A stretch of 64,000 nt of DNA from Rhodothermales bacterium (GTDB lineage Bacteria; Bacteroidota; Rhodothermia; Rhodothermales; BA12): the NCBI GenBank assembly GCA_963740755.1, contig CAVUFJ010000002.1, positions 3,383 through 67,382 on the forward strand. The letters are read 5' to 3'. The position numbers and the translations under genes were made by a program. Below, in pieces: positions 8,556 to 18,491 of the stretch. The notes beneath the pieces were generated by a model, which saw only the letters and a program-made list of their open reading frames with translations, was not told the DNA's origin and searched no databases. The first letter of the stretch is position 1; each line of letters opens with the position of its first letter.

Positions 8556-9248
8556 TTGGCCCCAACTGAACCGGCGGCAGGCGGCAACGTTGGGCCCGGA
8601 CGCTCAATACCTGCTCGGTTGAACCTCATCGCCTCGGCGCCCGTCACGTTCACACTTCTCGTGGTCAACGTCGGCCTCAGCCTGTACGTGCTGCTCGCCC
8701 GTCCGGACCTGTTCGCGCGCTATGCGCTGCGTCCCCGCGAGGTGCTGCACGGGCGCGAGTGGGACCGCGTGGTGCTGTCGGCCTTTCTGCACGTCGGCAT
8801 CGGGCACCTGCTCTTCAACATGGTGTCGCTCTACTTTTTCGGACCCGTGCTGGAGGCGCTTCTGGGGCCGTGGCGCTTTGCGATCCTGTACATAGGCAGC
8901 CTGCTCACGGCCTCCGCGCTCACGCTGTGGCTGCAACGCGGCGCCGCCGAATACTCCGCCGTGGGCGCCTCCGGGGCCATTTCGGGGGTGATCTTCGCCT
9001 TCTGCCTGTTTGCGCCCTTCGAGAAGATCTACCTCCTGTTCGCCCTGCCGCTGCCGGCCATCGTGTTCGCCCTGCTCTACGTGATCGGCTCGGCGTGGGC
9101 CATCCGGCAGGGCCGCACGGGGGGCGACACCGGCGGCATCGCCCACGAAGCGCACCTCGGCGGGGCCCTCGGCGGACTGCTCATCACGGTGGCGCTCGTG
9201 CCGGCGGTCGTGCCGCACTTTCTCCACCAGATCGGACTGCTCGGATGA
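8556..9248 (+). CDS. Rhomboid-family intramembrane serine protease
   Basis: ORF 8556..9248: FLHVGIGHLLFNMVSLYFFG, the catalytic-serine motif GASGAISGV, and HEAHLGGALGG. Multiple transmembrane segments. Confidence 0.8.
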   Translation: MAPTEPAAGGNVGPGRSIPARLNLIASAPVTFTLLVVNVGLSLYVLLARPDLFARYALRPREVLHGREWDRVVLSAFLHVGIGHLLFNMVSLYFFGPVLEALLGPWRFAILYIGSLLTASALTLWLQRGAAEYSAVGASGAISGVIFAFCLFAPFEKIYLLFALPLPAIVFALLYVIGSAWAIRQGRTGGDTGGIAHEAHLGGALGGLLITVALVPAVVPHFLHQIGLLG

Positions 9249-9898
9249 CCACCGCCGCGCCTACGGTGGCCGCGTGCATCGTGCACTTCAATACGCCGGA
9301 GCTGCTCCGGGCTGCGGTGGACACGTTCGTGGCCCACGAGCCCACCGTGCCGCTGCGCGTGCTCGACAACGGCTCCGACGCCGCTTCCGACGCCGTGCTC
9401 GCTGCCTGCGACGCGTGGCCGTCCGTGACCGTCGAGCGGCTCGGGGCCAATCGCTTTCACGGCCCGGCGATGGACTACGCGCTGCGGAAGCTCAGCACTG
9501 ACCTCGTCCTCTTCCTCGATTCGGACACCGAGACGCGCGCGCCCTTCGTAGCCGCGATGGCCGCCCGCTTTGCCGCCGACCCCCGGCTGTACGTGCTCGG
9601 GCAGCTCTTCCTGGTGGACAAACGCGGATTTGTCGGGCCGCGCGGGACGATCCCGGTGCCGCACAGCGCCCACATGATGCTGCGCCGCAGCTCTTACCTC
9701 GCATTGCCGCCTTTCGCGCACCACGGCCTCCCTGTGCTGCGCAACCTGCGCGCGGCGCACGCGGCGGCGCTCACGGTGGCCGCCCATCCCATCGAACAGG
9801 CTGTGTGGCACAAAGGGCGCGGCACGGCGGGCCGCTACGGCTACGGCCTCGGCTGGCGCAGCCGCCTCGACTACCTCCTGCACCGCCTCGGCCTCTGA
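9245..9898 (+). CDS. Glycosyltransferase family 2-like protein
   Basis: ATG at 9245 overlaps the rhomboid stop (ATGA). ACIVHFNTPELL...VLDNGSDAASD...VLFLDSDTE is typical of the GT2 N-terminal fold. Confidence 0.65.
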   Translation: MTTAAPTVAACIVHFNTPELLRAAVDTFVAHEPTVPLRVLDNGSDAASDAVLAACDAWPSVTVERLGANRFHGPAMDYALRKLSTDLVLFLDSDTETRAPFVAAMAARFAADPRLYVLGQLFLVDKRGFVGPRGTIPVPHSAHMMLRRSSYLALPPFAHHGLPVLRNLRAAHAAALTVAAHPIEQAVWHKGRGTAGRYGYGLGWRSRLDYLLHRLGL

Positions 9899-10007
9899 AA
9901 AGTGGAAAAGCCTGGGTTGGTGATTTGTCCGTCGCCTGTCGCCCGTCGCCTGTCGGCCTGTCGGCTGTCGGCTGAATCCACCGCCCGGGCCGAACGTTGG
10001 GGCCCGC

Positions 10008-10586
10008 ATGATCCGCCTCGCCCCACTCGTCCTGCTCGGCATCGCCCTCGCCGCGTGCCGCCCTGCGTCCACTCCCGCCCCGGCGGTGTCGCCTGCCGAG
10101 GACGTTCAGCCCGCCCCGAGCGCGGCGGCGCCGGACGTGTCCGCCATCGACCTGCGCCTGGTCACGAGCCAGGACGTGCTTGCCTACGTCACCGACCGGC
10201 GGGCGCCGCTCACCGTCGTCAACTTCTGGGCGACGTGGTGCCATCCGTGCGTGGCCGAGTTTCCGGCCCTGATGCGCGCCCGCGCGGCCCTGCGGGCCGA
10301 TTCCGTGCGGTTCGTGTTCGTGTCGGTGGACGACATGAATGTGCGGGCCGACGTGCTGGCCTTCCTGGCGCGGCAGGGCGTGCGTGGGGTGGCCTTCCAG
10401 AACCGGGAGGCCGATCAGCAGGGCTTTGCGCGTGCATTTTCGACGCGTTGGGGCCAGTCCGGCACGCTTCCTGCCACGTTTGTCTATGACCACGCCGGCC
10501 AGCAGGTCGCCTACTTCGACCATCCGGTCACGTTCGAGGCGATCACGGACACCGCGCGGGCCCTTTTGCGTACCTCTGCTCTATGA
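10008..10586 (+). CDS. TlpA/ResA-like thiol-disulfide oxidoreductase lipoprotein
   Basis: Signal/lipobox MIRLAPLVLLGIALAAC and the thioredoxin motif VVNFWATWCHPCVAEFP. Confidence 0.8.
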   Translation: MIRLAPLVLLGIALAACRPASTPAPAVSPAEDVQPAPSAAAPDVSAIDLRLVTSQDVLAYVTDRRAPLTVVNFWATWCHPCVAEFPALMRARAALRADSVRFVFVSVDDMNVRADVLAFLARQGVRGVAFQNREADQQGFARAFSTRWGQSGTLPATFVYDHAGQQVAYFDHPVTFEAITDTARALLRTSAL

Positions 10587-11155
10587 AACGACCCCTGCTG
10601 CTCTCTGCCCTCGCCCTTGCCGGCTTCGCCCTGGCCGCCCGTCCGGGCCGCGCGCAGGAGCTGCCGCTCGGCTCGGCGATGCCCGTGATCACGTCGCTGA
10701 CGGCCACGGATGGCGCTTTGGCATCCACGGCGACCCTCAGCAAGCCCGGCGGCACCGTCTTCGTGACGTGGAGCAACGCCTGCCCGTGGGTAGACCGCGT
10801 AGAGGCCCGCCTCGTGGACCTCGCCGGGCAGTACGGCGACCGCTACGGCTTTGTGCTCGTGGGCACCGGCGCGGCCGAGCAGAACGGGCAGCGGGCCACG
10901 GCCAAGGGCTATCCGTTCCCCTACCTCACCGACACCGGCAGCGCCTTCACGAAGGCCCTCGGCGCCCAGCGCACCGCCACGTTCTACGTGTTCGATGCCA
11001 ACGGCTCGCTCGCGTACATCGGCGCCCTCGACGACAGCCCGACCGACCCGGCCCGCGCCACGGCGCACTACCTCAAAGATGCCCTCGACAGCATCACGGC
11101 GGGCCGTCCGGCGCCGGTCACGCGCACCGAAGCCCTCGGATGTCTGATCCGCTGA
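10583..11155 (+). CDS. Secreted thioredoxin-fold (redoxin-like) protein with a degenerate active site
   Basis: ATGA overlap with the previous gene. Signal peptide MKRPLLLSALALAGFALA. VFVTWSNACPW sits where CxxC would be. The motif YPFPYLTDTGSAFTKALGAQRTATFYVFD is typical of the redoxin family. Confidence 0.65.
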   Translation: MKRPLLLSALALAGFALAARPGRAQELPLGSAMPVITSLTATDGALASTATLSKPGGTVFVTWSNACPWVDRVEARLVDLAGQYGDRYGFVLVGTGAAEQNGQRATAKGYPFPYLTDTGSAFTKALGAQRTATFYVFDANGSLAYIGALDDSPTDPARATAHYLKDALDSITAGRPAPVTRTEALGCLIR

Positions 11156-12156
11156 CCGCCCCGTACGCGCTCGACGCCCTCCTCGGGCTCGGCGCCGCCG
11201 ACGAGGCCGCCTTCGACCATCTGGCCGAGGCGGCTTTTCGGTTTCAGCAGGCCGCCAACCCGGTCTATGCCGCCTTCAGCGAAGGCGCCGCGTGGCGCGG
11301 ATGGCGCGCCGCGCCGTTCCTGCCGGTCGAGGCCTTCAAGCTGGCCGAGGTGGCCGCCTTCGACGCAGCGGCCGCGCAGGCCGAGTACCACTCCAGCGGG
11401 ACGGGGCAGGGCGCGTCCGCCCGGCGCCTCGTGGCGGATCTCGGGGGCGAGCACCGGCTCTCGGCCGAAGCGTTCGCGCGGCTCGTGGGGCCGGGGCCGT
11501 ATGTGATCGCGGCGCACCTGCCGGGCTACGCCGCACGCGGCGCCCACTCGTCGCTCGTCTCGATGGCGCGGCACTTCGTGACGCAGTTCGGCGCGGCGGG
11601 GAGCACGTTTTTCCTGGACGACGCCGCGCCCTTCGCGGCCGCCCTCGACGCGAGCCGGACGAGCGGCACGCCCCTGCTCCTGCTCGGGGCGGCCTTCGGA
11701 CTGCTTGGCCTCGTGGAGGCGCGCTCCTGGACGCTCCCCGAGGGGGCACGCGTGATCGAAACGGGAGGGATGAAGACGCACCGCCGCGAGATCGCCCGCG
11801 CCGACCTGCACGCGCGGCTGGCGGAGGGGTTTGGCGTGCCGCTTTCGGCCATCGGCAGCGAGTACGGGATGTGCGAACTCGCCTCGCAGGCGTGGGCGCG
11901 CACGGGCGAGCACTTCGAGACGCCGCCGTGGATGCGCGTGCAAATCGTCGATCCGGCGGATCCTACGCGCGCGCTGCCGGACGGCACGCCCGGCCAGCTG
12001 GCCGTGTGCGACCTGGCGGCGCTCCACAACAGCCCGTTCCTGCTCACCGAAGACCAGGCCGTGTGCGACGGGCGCCGCTTCCGCGTGCTCGGACGCCTCC
12101 CGAAGGCGGCGCTCCGGGGGTGCAATTTCCTCGTCGAGGCCGCGCCGCGCGGCTGA
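11140..12156 (+). CDS. LuxE-like acyl-protein synthetase / acyl-adenylate-forming family protein
   Basis: C-terminal 338 codons of ORF 10339..12156, starting at ATG 11140 (MSDPLTAPYALD...). FLPVEAFK...HSSGTGQG...IETGGMKTHRREI...YGMCELASQ resembles the LuxE family. Confidence 0.6.
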   Translation: MSDPLTAPYALDALLGLGAADEAAFDHLAEAAFRFQQAANPVYAAFSEGAAWRGWRAAPFLPVEAFKLAEVAAFDAAAAQAEYHSSGTGQGASARRLVADLGGEHRLSAEAFARLVGPGPYVIAAHLPGYAARGAHSSLVSMARHFVTQFGAAGSTFFLDDAAPFAAALDASRTSGTPLLLLGAAFGLLGLVEARSWTLPEGARVIETGGMKTHRREIARADLHARLAEGFGVPLSAIGSEYGMCELASQAWARTGEHFETPPWMRVQIVDPADPTRALPDGTPGQLAVCDLAALHNSPFLLTEDQAVCDGRRFRVLGRLPKAALRGCNFLVEAAPRG

Positions 12157-12210
12157 TCCCGGCACCGCCGCGCGGGCCCATGCGTTGCACGCCCATCCCT
12201 CCGCTGCTGC

Positions 12211-13667
12211 GTGGCCGACGTTCTCGCCCCTTCGCTTTTTGCTGCCCGTGCCCCACGGGCGCCCCTCGCCGACCGGATGCGTCCGCGCGTGCTCGACGAC
12301 TTCGCCGGGCAGCCGCACATCCTCGGGCCGGGCAAGCTGCTCCGCCGCGCCGTCGAGGCGGACCGGGTGACGAGCGTGATCTTCTACGGGCCCCCCGGCA
12401 CCGGCAAGACGACGCTCGCGCGCATCATCGCCAACACGACCCAAAAGCACTTCACCACGCTCAACGCCGTGCTCGCGGGCGTCAAGGACATCCGCGAGGC
12501 GATTGACGCGGCCAAGCAGCGCCGGGCGACGAACGGGCAGGGCACGATCCTGTTTGTGGACGAGGTCCACCGCTTCAACAAGGCGCAGCAGGACGCGCTG
12601 CTCCCGCACGTCGAGAACGGCACGGTGACCTTCATCGGGGCGACGACTGAGAACCCGTACTTCGAGGTCAACAAGGCGCTCGTCTCGCGCAGCCGCATCT
12701 TCGAGACTGCAGAGCCTCACCGAAGACGACCTGCGCGGGGTGGCCGTGCGCGCGCTCCACGACCCCGAGCGCGGCTACGGGCAACTCGACGTGCGCGTGG
12801 ACGACGACGCGCTCGCGCACCTCGCTACGACCGCCAACGGCGACGCGCGGAGCCTGCTCAACGCGCTCGAACTGGCCGTCGAGACCACGCCGCCGGACGA
12901 AGCGAACGTCGTGCGCGTCAACCGCACGGTGGCCGAGGAGAGCATCCAGCGGCGCGCCGTGCTCTACGACAAGGAGGGCGACGCGCACTTCGACACCATC
13001 TCGGCCTTCATCAAGAGCCTGCGCGGCTCCGACCCCGACGCGGCGCTCTACTGGATGGCGCGCATGGTCTATGCGGGCGAGGATCCGCGCTTCATCTTCC
13101 GGCGCATGGTCATCTTCGCCGCCGAAGACGTGGGCCTCGCCGACCCGCGCGCGCTCCAGATCGCCCTCGCGGCGGCCGCAAGCGCACGACTACGTGGGGA
13201 TGCCCGAGAGCCGCTTCCACATGGCCGAGGCGTGCCTCTACCTCGCCACGGCGCCCAAGAGCAACAGCCTGTTCTCCTTCTTCGACGCCCTCGCGCACGT
13301 TGAGAAGGAGCAGACGCGCGACGTACCGAACCCCCTCCGCGACGCCTCGCGCGACAAAAAGGGCCTCGGCCACGGCGAGGGCTACCTCTACCCGCACGCC
13401 TTCCGCGACCACTACGTGGCCGAGCAGTACCTCCCCGACGCAATGCAGGGCGTCTACTTCTACAACCCGGGCACCCTCGGCTACGAAAAGACCGTCGCCG
13501 AACGCCTCGCCTACTTCCGGCAGCGCGACGAAGCCGAAAGCATCGAAAAGCGCGCCCGCCGCTACGCCGAGACGCCCGAACCGCCGCCGCCGTCCGCTGC
13601 CGCCGAGGTTGAGGTAACACCTGAAGTGGCCAAGCCTAAACGCAAGCCGCGTAAGAAGCAGGAGTAG
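12211..13667 (+). CDS. rarA: Replication-associated recombination protein A (RarA/MgsA); 2 frameshifts in this assembly
   Basis: Walker [14 protein letters not shown] and Walker [21 protein letters not shown] in ORF 12211... It continues LTEDDLRGV...[11 protein letters not shown]...[18 protein letters not shown] in ORF 12740..13303, then YVGMPE...[10 protein letters not shown]...[10 protein letters not shown] in ORF 13071..13667. There is an extra A at ~12706 and an extra G at ~13179. Confidence 0.9.
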
Positions 13668-13673
13668 CCTGTC

Positions 13674-14348
13674 TCAGCTGCCTTTGATGAGGCGCATAAA
13701 CTCGGCCCGCGTGTGGATGTTGTCGAGGAAGACGCCGCCCATGGCGCTCGTCGTTGTCCACGAGTTCTGCTTTTCGGCCCCGCGCATCATCATGCACAGG
13801 TGCTGGCACTCCACCACGACCGCCACGCCCTGCGGCTCCAGCACGTCCTGGATGCACGACCGGATCTGGTGCGTGAGCCGCTCCTGCACCTGGAGGCGCC
13901 GCGCGAACACGTCCACCAGGCGCGGGATCTTGCTGAGCCCCACGATGCGCCCATTCGGGATATAGGCCACGTGCGCCTTGCCAAAAAAGGGCAGCATATG
14001 ATGCTCGCACATGCTATAAACTTCGATGTCGCGCACGACGATCATCTCGCTGTACTCCTCGTGGAAGAGCGCCGAGCGGAGGATGGCCTCGGGGTCGAGT
14101 TCGTAGCCGTGGGTGAGAAACTGCCACGCCTTCGCCATGCGCTCGGGCGTCTTGAGCAGCCCCTCGCGGTCCGGGTCCTCGCCGACGAGCCGGAGCACGT
14201 CGTGGGCGCGGTCGCGGAGGGCGTCAGTGGTGGCCGGGTCGTAGTGGTCCTGGCGCTCGTAGTGGCGCGCGGGGCGGTCGAGGCCCCCCATGCGGTCTTC
14301 GAGGGGCGGGCGCTCGGGCGACACCGGGTCGCGGTCGGAATCAGGCAT
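13674..14348 (-). CDS. folE: GTP cyclohydrolase I
   Basis: ORF 13674..14348: [49 protein letters not shown]. Confidence 0.9.
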   Translation of the reverse strand: MPDSDRDPVSPERPPLEDRMGGLDRPARHYERQDHYDPATTDALRDRAHDVLRLVGEDPDREGLLKTPERMAKAWQFLTHGYELDPEAILRSALFHEEYSEMIVVRDIEVYSMCEHHMLPFFGKAHVAYIPNGRIVGLSKIPRLVDVFARRLQVQERLTHQIRSCIQDVLEPQGVAVVVECQHLCMMMRGAEKQNSWTTTSAMGGVFLDNIHTRAEFMRLIKGS

Positions 14349-14361
14349 CAGGCGGGCAAAT

Positions 14362-14790
14362 TCAGAGCAGGGGGCGGTCGCCGTAGTAGTCGGCGAAGTT
14401 GCGCTCGGTCTCGATGAGGCGGATCCGGTAGAGCGTGGCCGGGGCCGCGATGTGCGGGGCGAGCCGCTCCCAGAACGCGATGCAGAGGTTTTCGGTGGAC
14501 GGCATGATGCCCTCCAGAAAGTCTACGTCGAGGTTCAGGTTGCGATGGTCGACGTGCTCGACGATGTGCGCTTCGATGAGGTCGCGCAGCACGACGAGGT
14601 CCATCACGAAGGCGGTGTCCGGGTCGGGCGGGCCGGCGACGGTCACTTCGAGGACGTAGTTGTGGCCGTGCCAGTTGGGCAGGTTGCACTTGCCGAACGT
14701 GGTCTGATTCCAGGCGTCGGACTTGGCCGGGTTGTGCAGCCGGTGGGCCGCGTTGAAGTGGGCGCGGCGGGTGACGTAGACGGTGGGCAT
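14362..14790 (-). CDS. queD: 6-carboxytetrahydropterin / 6-pyruvoyl-tetrahydropterin synthase
   Basis: ATG at 14790 within ORF 14362..14916: [10 protein letters not shown]...[16 protein letters not shown] (PTPS family). Confidence 0.8.
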   Translation of the reverse strand: MPTVYVTRRAHFNAAHRLHNPAKSDAWNQTTFGKCNLPNWHGHNYVLEVTVAGPPDPDTAFVMDLVVLRDLIEAHIVEHVDHRNLNLDVDFLEGIMPSTENLCIAFWERLAPHIAAPATLYRIRLIETERNFADYYGDRPLL

Positions 14791-14930
14791 ACGGGCGATG
14801 GGTGCCGCCCCAACGGCCGGGCCGGGCGAGAGGTTCGCCGGTGCCGACCGCGTCACGGGCACCGGGCGTCTCCCCCATTCCGTCCTACCTTGGGGCGCCG
14901 GCCCGCCGCTGCCCACTGTTTCCGACGACC

Positions 14931-15272
14931 ATGGCCAAGACCCTCTTCCAGAAGATCGCCGACCGCGAGATCCCCGCGCAGATCGTCTACGAAGACGACC
15001 AGTGCCTCGCCCTGCGCGACCTCCACCCGCAGGCGCCCGTGCACGTGCTCATCGTGCCCCGCACGCCGATCCCGAGCCTCGACGCGCTCACCGAGGCGGA
15101 GGCGCCGCTCATCGGCCACCTGTTCGTCGTCGCCCGGCAGATCGCCGCGCAGGAAGGCCTTGCGAACGGCTACCGCACCGTCTTCAACTGCGGCGCCGAT
15201 GCCGGGCAGAGCGTGGACCACCTGCACCTGCACCTGCTCGGCGGGCGGCCGCTGGCGTGGCCGCCCGGCTGA
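14931..15272 (+). CDS. HIT-family (histidine triad) protein
   Basis: MAKTLFQKIADREIPAQIVYEDD...HVLIVP...VDHLHLHLLGG (HxHxHxx motif). Confidence 0.9.
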   Translation: MAKTLFQKIADREIPAQIVYEDDQCLALRDLHPQAPVHVLIVPRTPIPSLDALTEAEAPLIGHLFVVARQIAAQEGLANGYRTVFNCGADAGQSVDHLHLHLLGGRPLAWPPG

Positions 15273-17230
15273 TGCGGCGCTGGCTGCTCGTGGCCTTCCT
15301 CGGCGCCGGGGCCTCCGGCGCCCATGCCCAACCTGTAGCCGATTCGCTGCGGGGCGTGCAGACGCGCTTTGTGCGCGACGTAGGACGCTACCGCTACGAA
15401 GGGAGGCTCGGCTACGCGGCCACCGTGGGGCCGTGGCGCCTCCACACGCATGGGCGCCTCGTGAGCGACGCCTTCGAGGGGGCTGCAGGGGACCTCTCGT
15501 TCCGCGACGAATGGGAGGGGCAGGGCTCGCTCTGGCGGGGGCGCGCAGAGACCGGGTCGGTGGGCGTGCAGGTGCAGGCCTCCGGCTTTCCGCAGAGCCA
15601 GGTGTACACGCACGGCGCGCAGGCCGCCTACCGGCGGCTAGGCGCAGAGTACGCCGTGGAGGCGCGCGGGGGGCTCGCGCTCGAAGGGCGTCCGGGTGCG
15701 CCGCTCGGGACGGTCTCCGCGCCCGTGCTGCGGCTCGATGCCGGCCCCGCAGCGGGGCTCACGCTCGCGCTCCAGGGCGCTCTCGGCACCTATGCCTACG
15801 ACCTGCAAACGCGCATCGAAGGGGCGGTGGTCGGGCCGCGCCGCAGCCGCGATGCCCGCGCCGAACTGCACCTGGCGCTCCCCGACGCGCCCGGCCGCTT
15901 CGAGGGGCGCGTGCGCGCGACCTCGGTGCGGCGCGATGCCTACGGGGCCGCGTCGTTCCTGAACCGCACGCAAACCCCGGCCGAGGCCATCGAGGCGACG
16001 ATGAGCGATACGCTCGACGCCGGGCTCGCTTTCGAGGCGCCGCTCTGGGGGCGCCTGCGCTGGTCGGTGGCGACAGAGGGCGGCGTGGTGCGGCGGCGCG
16101 TGCGGCTCGGCAAGGCCCCGGACGGCGCGCTCGTCTTCGACACCGACTTCCGGCGGCAGCGGATCGACGCCGAGGGCGCGCTCGCGTACGCGCACGGGGC
16201 CTCCGAGGCGCGCGTGGCGGTGGCGTCGGGGGCGGCGCGCGAGGACCGGTTGCTCGTCAATGCGGCGGCGCTGCCCGTGGCCGAGGCCACGCAGAAGGCC
16301 GACCTGCTCGACCAGGCGGATTTTGCGCAGGGGGATCTGGGCGTCTCGGCGCGGCTGCGCACTGCGTGGGGCCGCCTCACCGCCGCCCTCGACGCCCGCC
16401 AGAGCGTCGCCCGCCTCGACACGCCCGACCTCAACCCGGACGACCGCGACGAGGCGCGCGGCGCCGCCACGCTCACGCTCGGCTGGCACGCCACGCCCAC
16501 CGTCACCTTCGGCACCGACGTGGCGGCGGCGGACCTGCAAACGGTCTACCTGCGCCGCCTCCGCTCGGCCGAAAGCCAGCGCCGCCGCAGCCTGAGCGTC
16601 CGGCCCTTCCTCGACGTGAACACCCTCGCCACGCGCCTGCGCCTCACGAGCGAGGTGCGCGCCACCTACACGCGCGACCGCTTCCGCCTGCCCGCGCGCG
16701 AACCGGCAGACGCGAGCGCCCGCGAGTGGCGCACCGAGGCCGACGCCACCCACCGGATCGCCCCGGACCTGCGCCTCGACGTGCTCCTGACCGCCTCCGA
16801 CCTCCGCCTCGGCCGCCTCGCCGTCGACCGCTTCGCCGAAGTCCCCACCGACACGATCCGCACGCTCGGCCTGCGCGCGCTGCTCGTGCGGGGCACACGG
16901 AGCCGCGTGGGCTTCGGCGTGCGCCTGTTCGAGCGGAGCGACTACGACCGCAGCCTCACGGTGCGCTACGTCCGCGACGGCGCCGAGGGCACCTTCACGC
17001 GCGCCGGGCGCAGCCGGCTTCGGCAGCTCGGCCCACTCGCGCTCGTCGTCGTGCCGGTCCATGCGCAGTCGTCGGTGCAACTCGAAGGGTGGGTGGCGCG
17101 GCAGCACACGTGGATCGCCTACGACGGGGCGCTGCCCGAGGCTGTGGCTGCACCGGTGCGGGCGGCGGCACGAACAGGCACGGCGCGGATGCGTCCACAG
17201 GTGACGCTGCGCGCCGACTGGCGATGGTGA
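15272..17230 (+). CDS. Hypothetical outer-membrane beta-barrel protein, 652 aa
   Basis: The ATG overlaps the HIT stop (TGATG). Signal peptide MRRWLLVAFLGAGASGAHA. The sequence alternates in an amphipathic R/T/A-rich pattern and ends ...TLRADWRW (aromatic C-terminus typical of OMPs). I recognise no family. Confidence 0.55.
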   Translation: MRRWLLVAFLGAGASGAHAQPVADSLRGVQTRFVRDVGRYRYEGRLGYAATVGPWRLHTHGRLVSDAFEGAAGDLSFRDEWEGQGSLWRGRAETGSVGVQVQASGFPQSQVYTHGAQAAYRRLGAEYAVEARGGLALEGRPGAPLGTVSAPVLRLDAGPAAGLTLALQGALGTYAYDLQTRIEGAVVGPRRSRDARAELHLALPDAPGRFEGRVRATSVRRDAYGAASFLNRTQTPAEAIEATMSDTLDAGLAFEAPLWGRLRWSVATEGGVVRRRVRLGKAPDGALVFDTDFRRQRIDAEGALAYAHGASEARVAVASGAAREDRLLVNAAALPVAEATQKADLLDQADFAQGDLGVSARLRTAWGRLTAALDARQSVARLDTPDLNPDDRDEARGAATLTLGWHATPTVTFGTDVAAADLQTVYLRRLRSAESQRRRSLSVRPFLDVNTLATRLRLTSEVRATYTRDRFRLPAREPADASAREWRTEADATHRIAPDLRLDVLLTASDLRLGRLAVDRFAEVPTDTIRTLGLRALLVRGTRSRVGFGVRLFERSDYDRSLTVRYVRDGAEGTFTRAGRSRLRQLGPLALVVVPVHAQSSVQLEGWVARQHTWIAYDGALPEAVAAPVRAAARTGTARMRPQVTLRADWRW

Positions 17231-17280
17231 GGGACCGCAGGGCCGCGCGCGCCGTTGGGGGGAGAAAGCAGGTCTCCCTC

Positions 17281-17892
17281 ATGAAAAGTCTCGGCGTCAC
17301 CGGCGGCATCGGCGCGGGCAAAACCACGGTCTGCCGTCAGTTGGAACGCCTCGGCGCACGCGTGTTTTACGCCGACGCCGAAGCCAAACGCCTCATGGTG
17401 GAGGACGACGAACTGCGCTCGGCCCTCGGCGCCGCGTTTGGCGCCGCCACGTTCTTCGCGGACGGGTCGCTCAACCGGGCCTGGCTCGGCGCGCGCGTGT
17501 TCGCCAACACCGCCGCCCTCGCGCGGCTCAACGCGCTCGTCCACCCGCGCGTGCTGGAGGCGTGGATGGCCTTCAAGGCGCAGGCGAAGGCGGCGCGTGC
17601 CCCCCTGGCCGTCCACGAGGCAGCCCTGCTGCTCGAAGCCGGCGGCGCGGCGATGGTGGACGCCGTTCTGCTCGTTGAGGCGCCCCTGGCGCTGCGCGTG
17701 GCGCGCGCCGCCGAGCGCGATGGCGTGCCCCGGGCGAGCATCGAAGCCCGTGCGGGGCAGCAGATGCTGCCCGAAGACGCCCGGAGCCATGCCACCTACG
17801 TGCTCGTCAACGACGGCGATGAGGCGGCCCTGGCGCGCGAGGTGGCGGCGCTGTTTGCGCGCCTAACTTCGGCCCATTCTCCACGCGCCTGA
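17281..17892 (+). CDS. coaE: Dephospho-CoA kinase
   Basis: MKSLGVTGGIGAGKTTVCRQLERLGARVFYAD...VHPRV. This is the last 203 codons of the otherwise spurious 1200-aa ORF 14290..17892. Confidence 0.85.
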   Translation: MKSLGVTGGIGAGKTTVCRQLERLGARVFYADAEAKRLMVEDDELRSALGAAFGAATFFADGSLNRAWLGARVFANTAALARLNALVHPRVLEAWMAFKAQAKAARAPLAVHEAALLLEAGGAAMVDAVLLVEAPLALRVARAAERDGVPRASIEARAGQQMLPEDARSHATYVLVNDGDEAALAREVAALFARLTSAHSPRA

Positions 17893-18491
17893 TGCTGCAC
17901 CGCCTCTACCCCCTCTGCCTGCTCGTCCTGGTTGCCGGCGGGGCCGGCTGTGCAGCTGATCGTTTCGCTGCGATGGCCCCCGTCCCGGCCCAGGTGCCGG
18001 AGGAGGTGACGACGATCTACCTCGTCCGCCATGCCGAACGGGCGCCGGGGCAGGGCGACGTGTCCATCTCGGAGGCGGGGCGCCTGCGCGCGCTTGCCCT
18101 GCGCGACACGCTGCGGCGGAGCGGCCTCGATGGCCATCCTCGTATCCCAGTTTCGGCGCACGGCAGAGACCGCCGCGCCGCTCGCCGAGGCGCTGCACCT
18201 GACGGTCTCGCCGCGTCCGCTCAACATGTTTGGCATCGCCGCCGCTGCCGATTCGCTCGCGCGCACACTGCCCGCCGCCTTTGCCGGGCGCACGGTCCTC
18301 GTCGTCGGCCACTCGAACACGATCCCCGTCATGCTGGCCGCGCTCACCGGCACGCCCCACGCCGCCTTCGACGACGGAGATTCGACGGCCTCTACCGGGT
18401 GCGCCTGGTGCGCGGCAGCGTCGTGTCGAGCACCCGGATGCGCTACGGCGCTGACGACGGCGTGCCCGACCCCATCGAACCGCCGCGCTAG
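17892..18491 (+). CDS. Histidine phosphatase (SixA/PGAM-like) lipoprotein; 2 frameshifts
   Basis: LLVLVAGGAGC lipobox and IYLVRHAERA (RHxxR-type motif) in ORF 17892... The middle, ILVSQFRRTAETAAPLA...VLVVGHSNTIPVML, is in ORF 18031..18663. The C-terminus returns to the first frame. Confidence 0.7.
   Translation: MLHRLYPLCLLVLVAGGAGCAADRFAAMAPVPAQVPEEVTTIYLVRHAERAPGQGDVSISEAGRLRALALRDTLRRSGLDGHPRIPVSAHGRDRRAARRGAAPDGLAASAQHVWHRRRCRFARAHTARRLCRAHGPRRRPLEHDPRHAGRAHRHAPRRLRRRRFDGLYRVRLVRGSVVSSTRMRYGADDGVPDPIEPPR

Noticed and set aside
8422-8607. 61-aa minus-strand ORF (…VHEVLYQIAHFNLTLMRDPTGRLILLAEPP…) as a small gene or toxin-antitoxin remnant
   Set aside because: It has no recognisable family, overlaps the rhomboid 5' end and uses a TTG start. 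The evidence is insufficient.
10339-11139. N-terminal 267 codons of ORF 10339..12156 as part of the LuxE-like protein
   Set aside because: This stretch overlaps the two well-supported thioredoxin-fold genes in other frames and is low-complexity. The real start is the ATG at 11140.
14290-17892. 1200-aa plus-strand ORF, the longest in the track
   Set aside because: Only its last 203 codons (coaE, from 17281) show homology. The rest is Arg/Ala/Gly/Pro low-complexity sequence. It runs antisense to queD and out of frame through the HIT and OMP genes. This is a typical high-GC read-through artefact.
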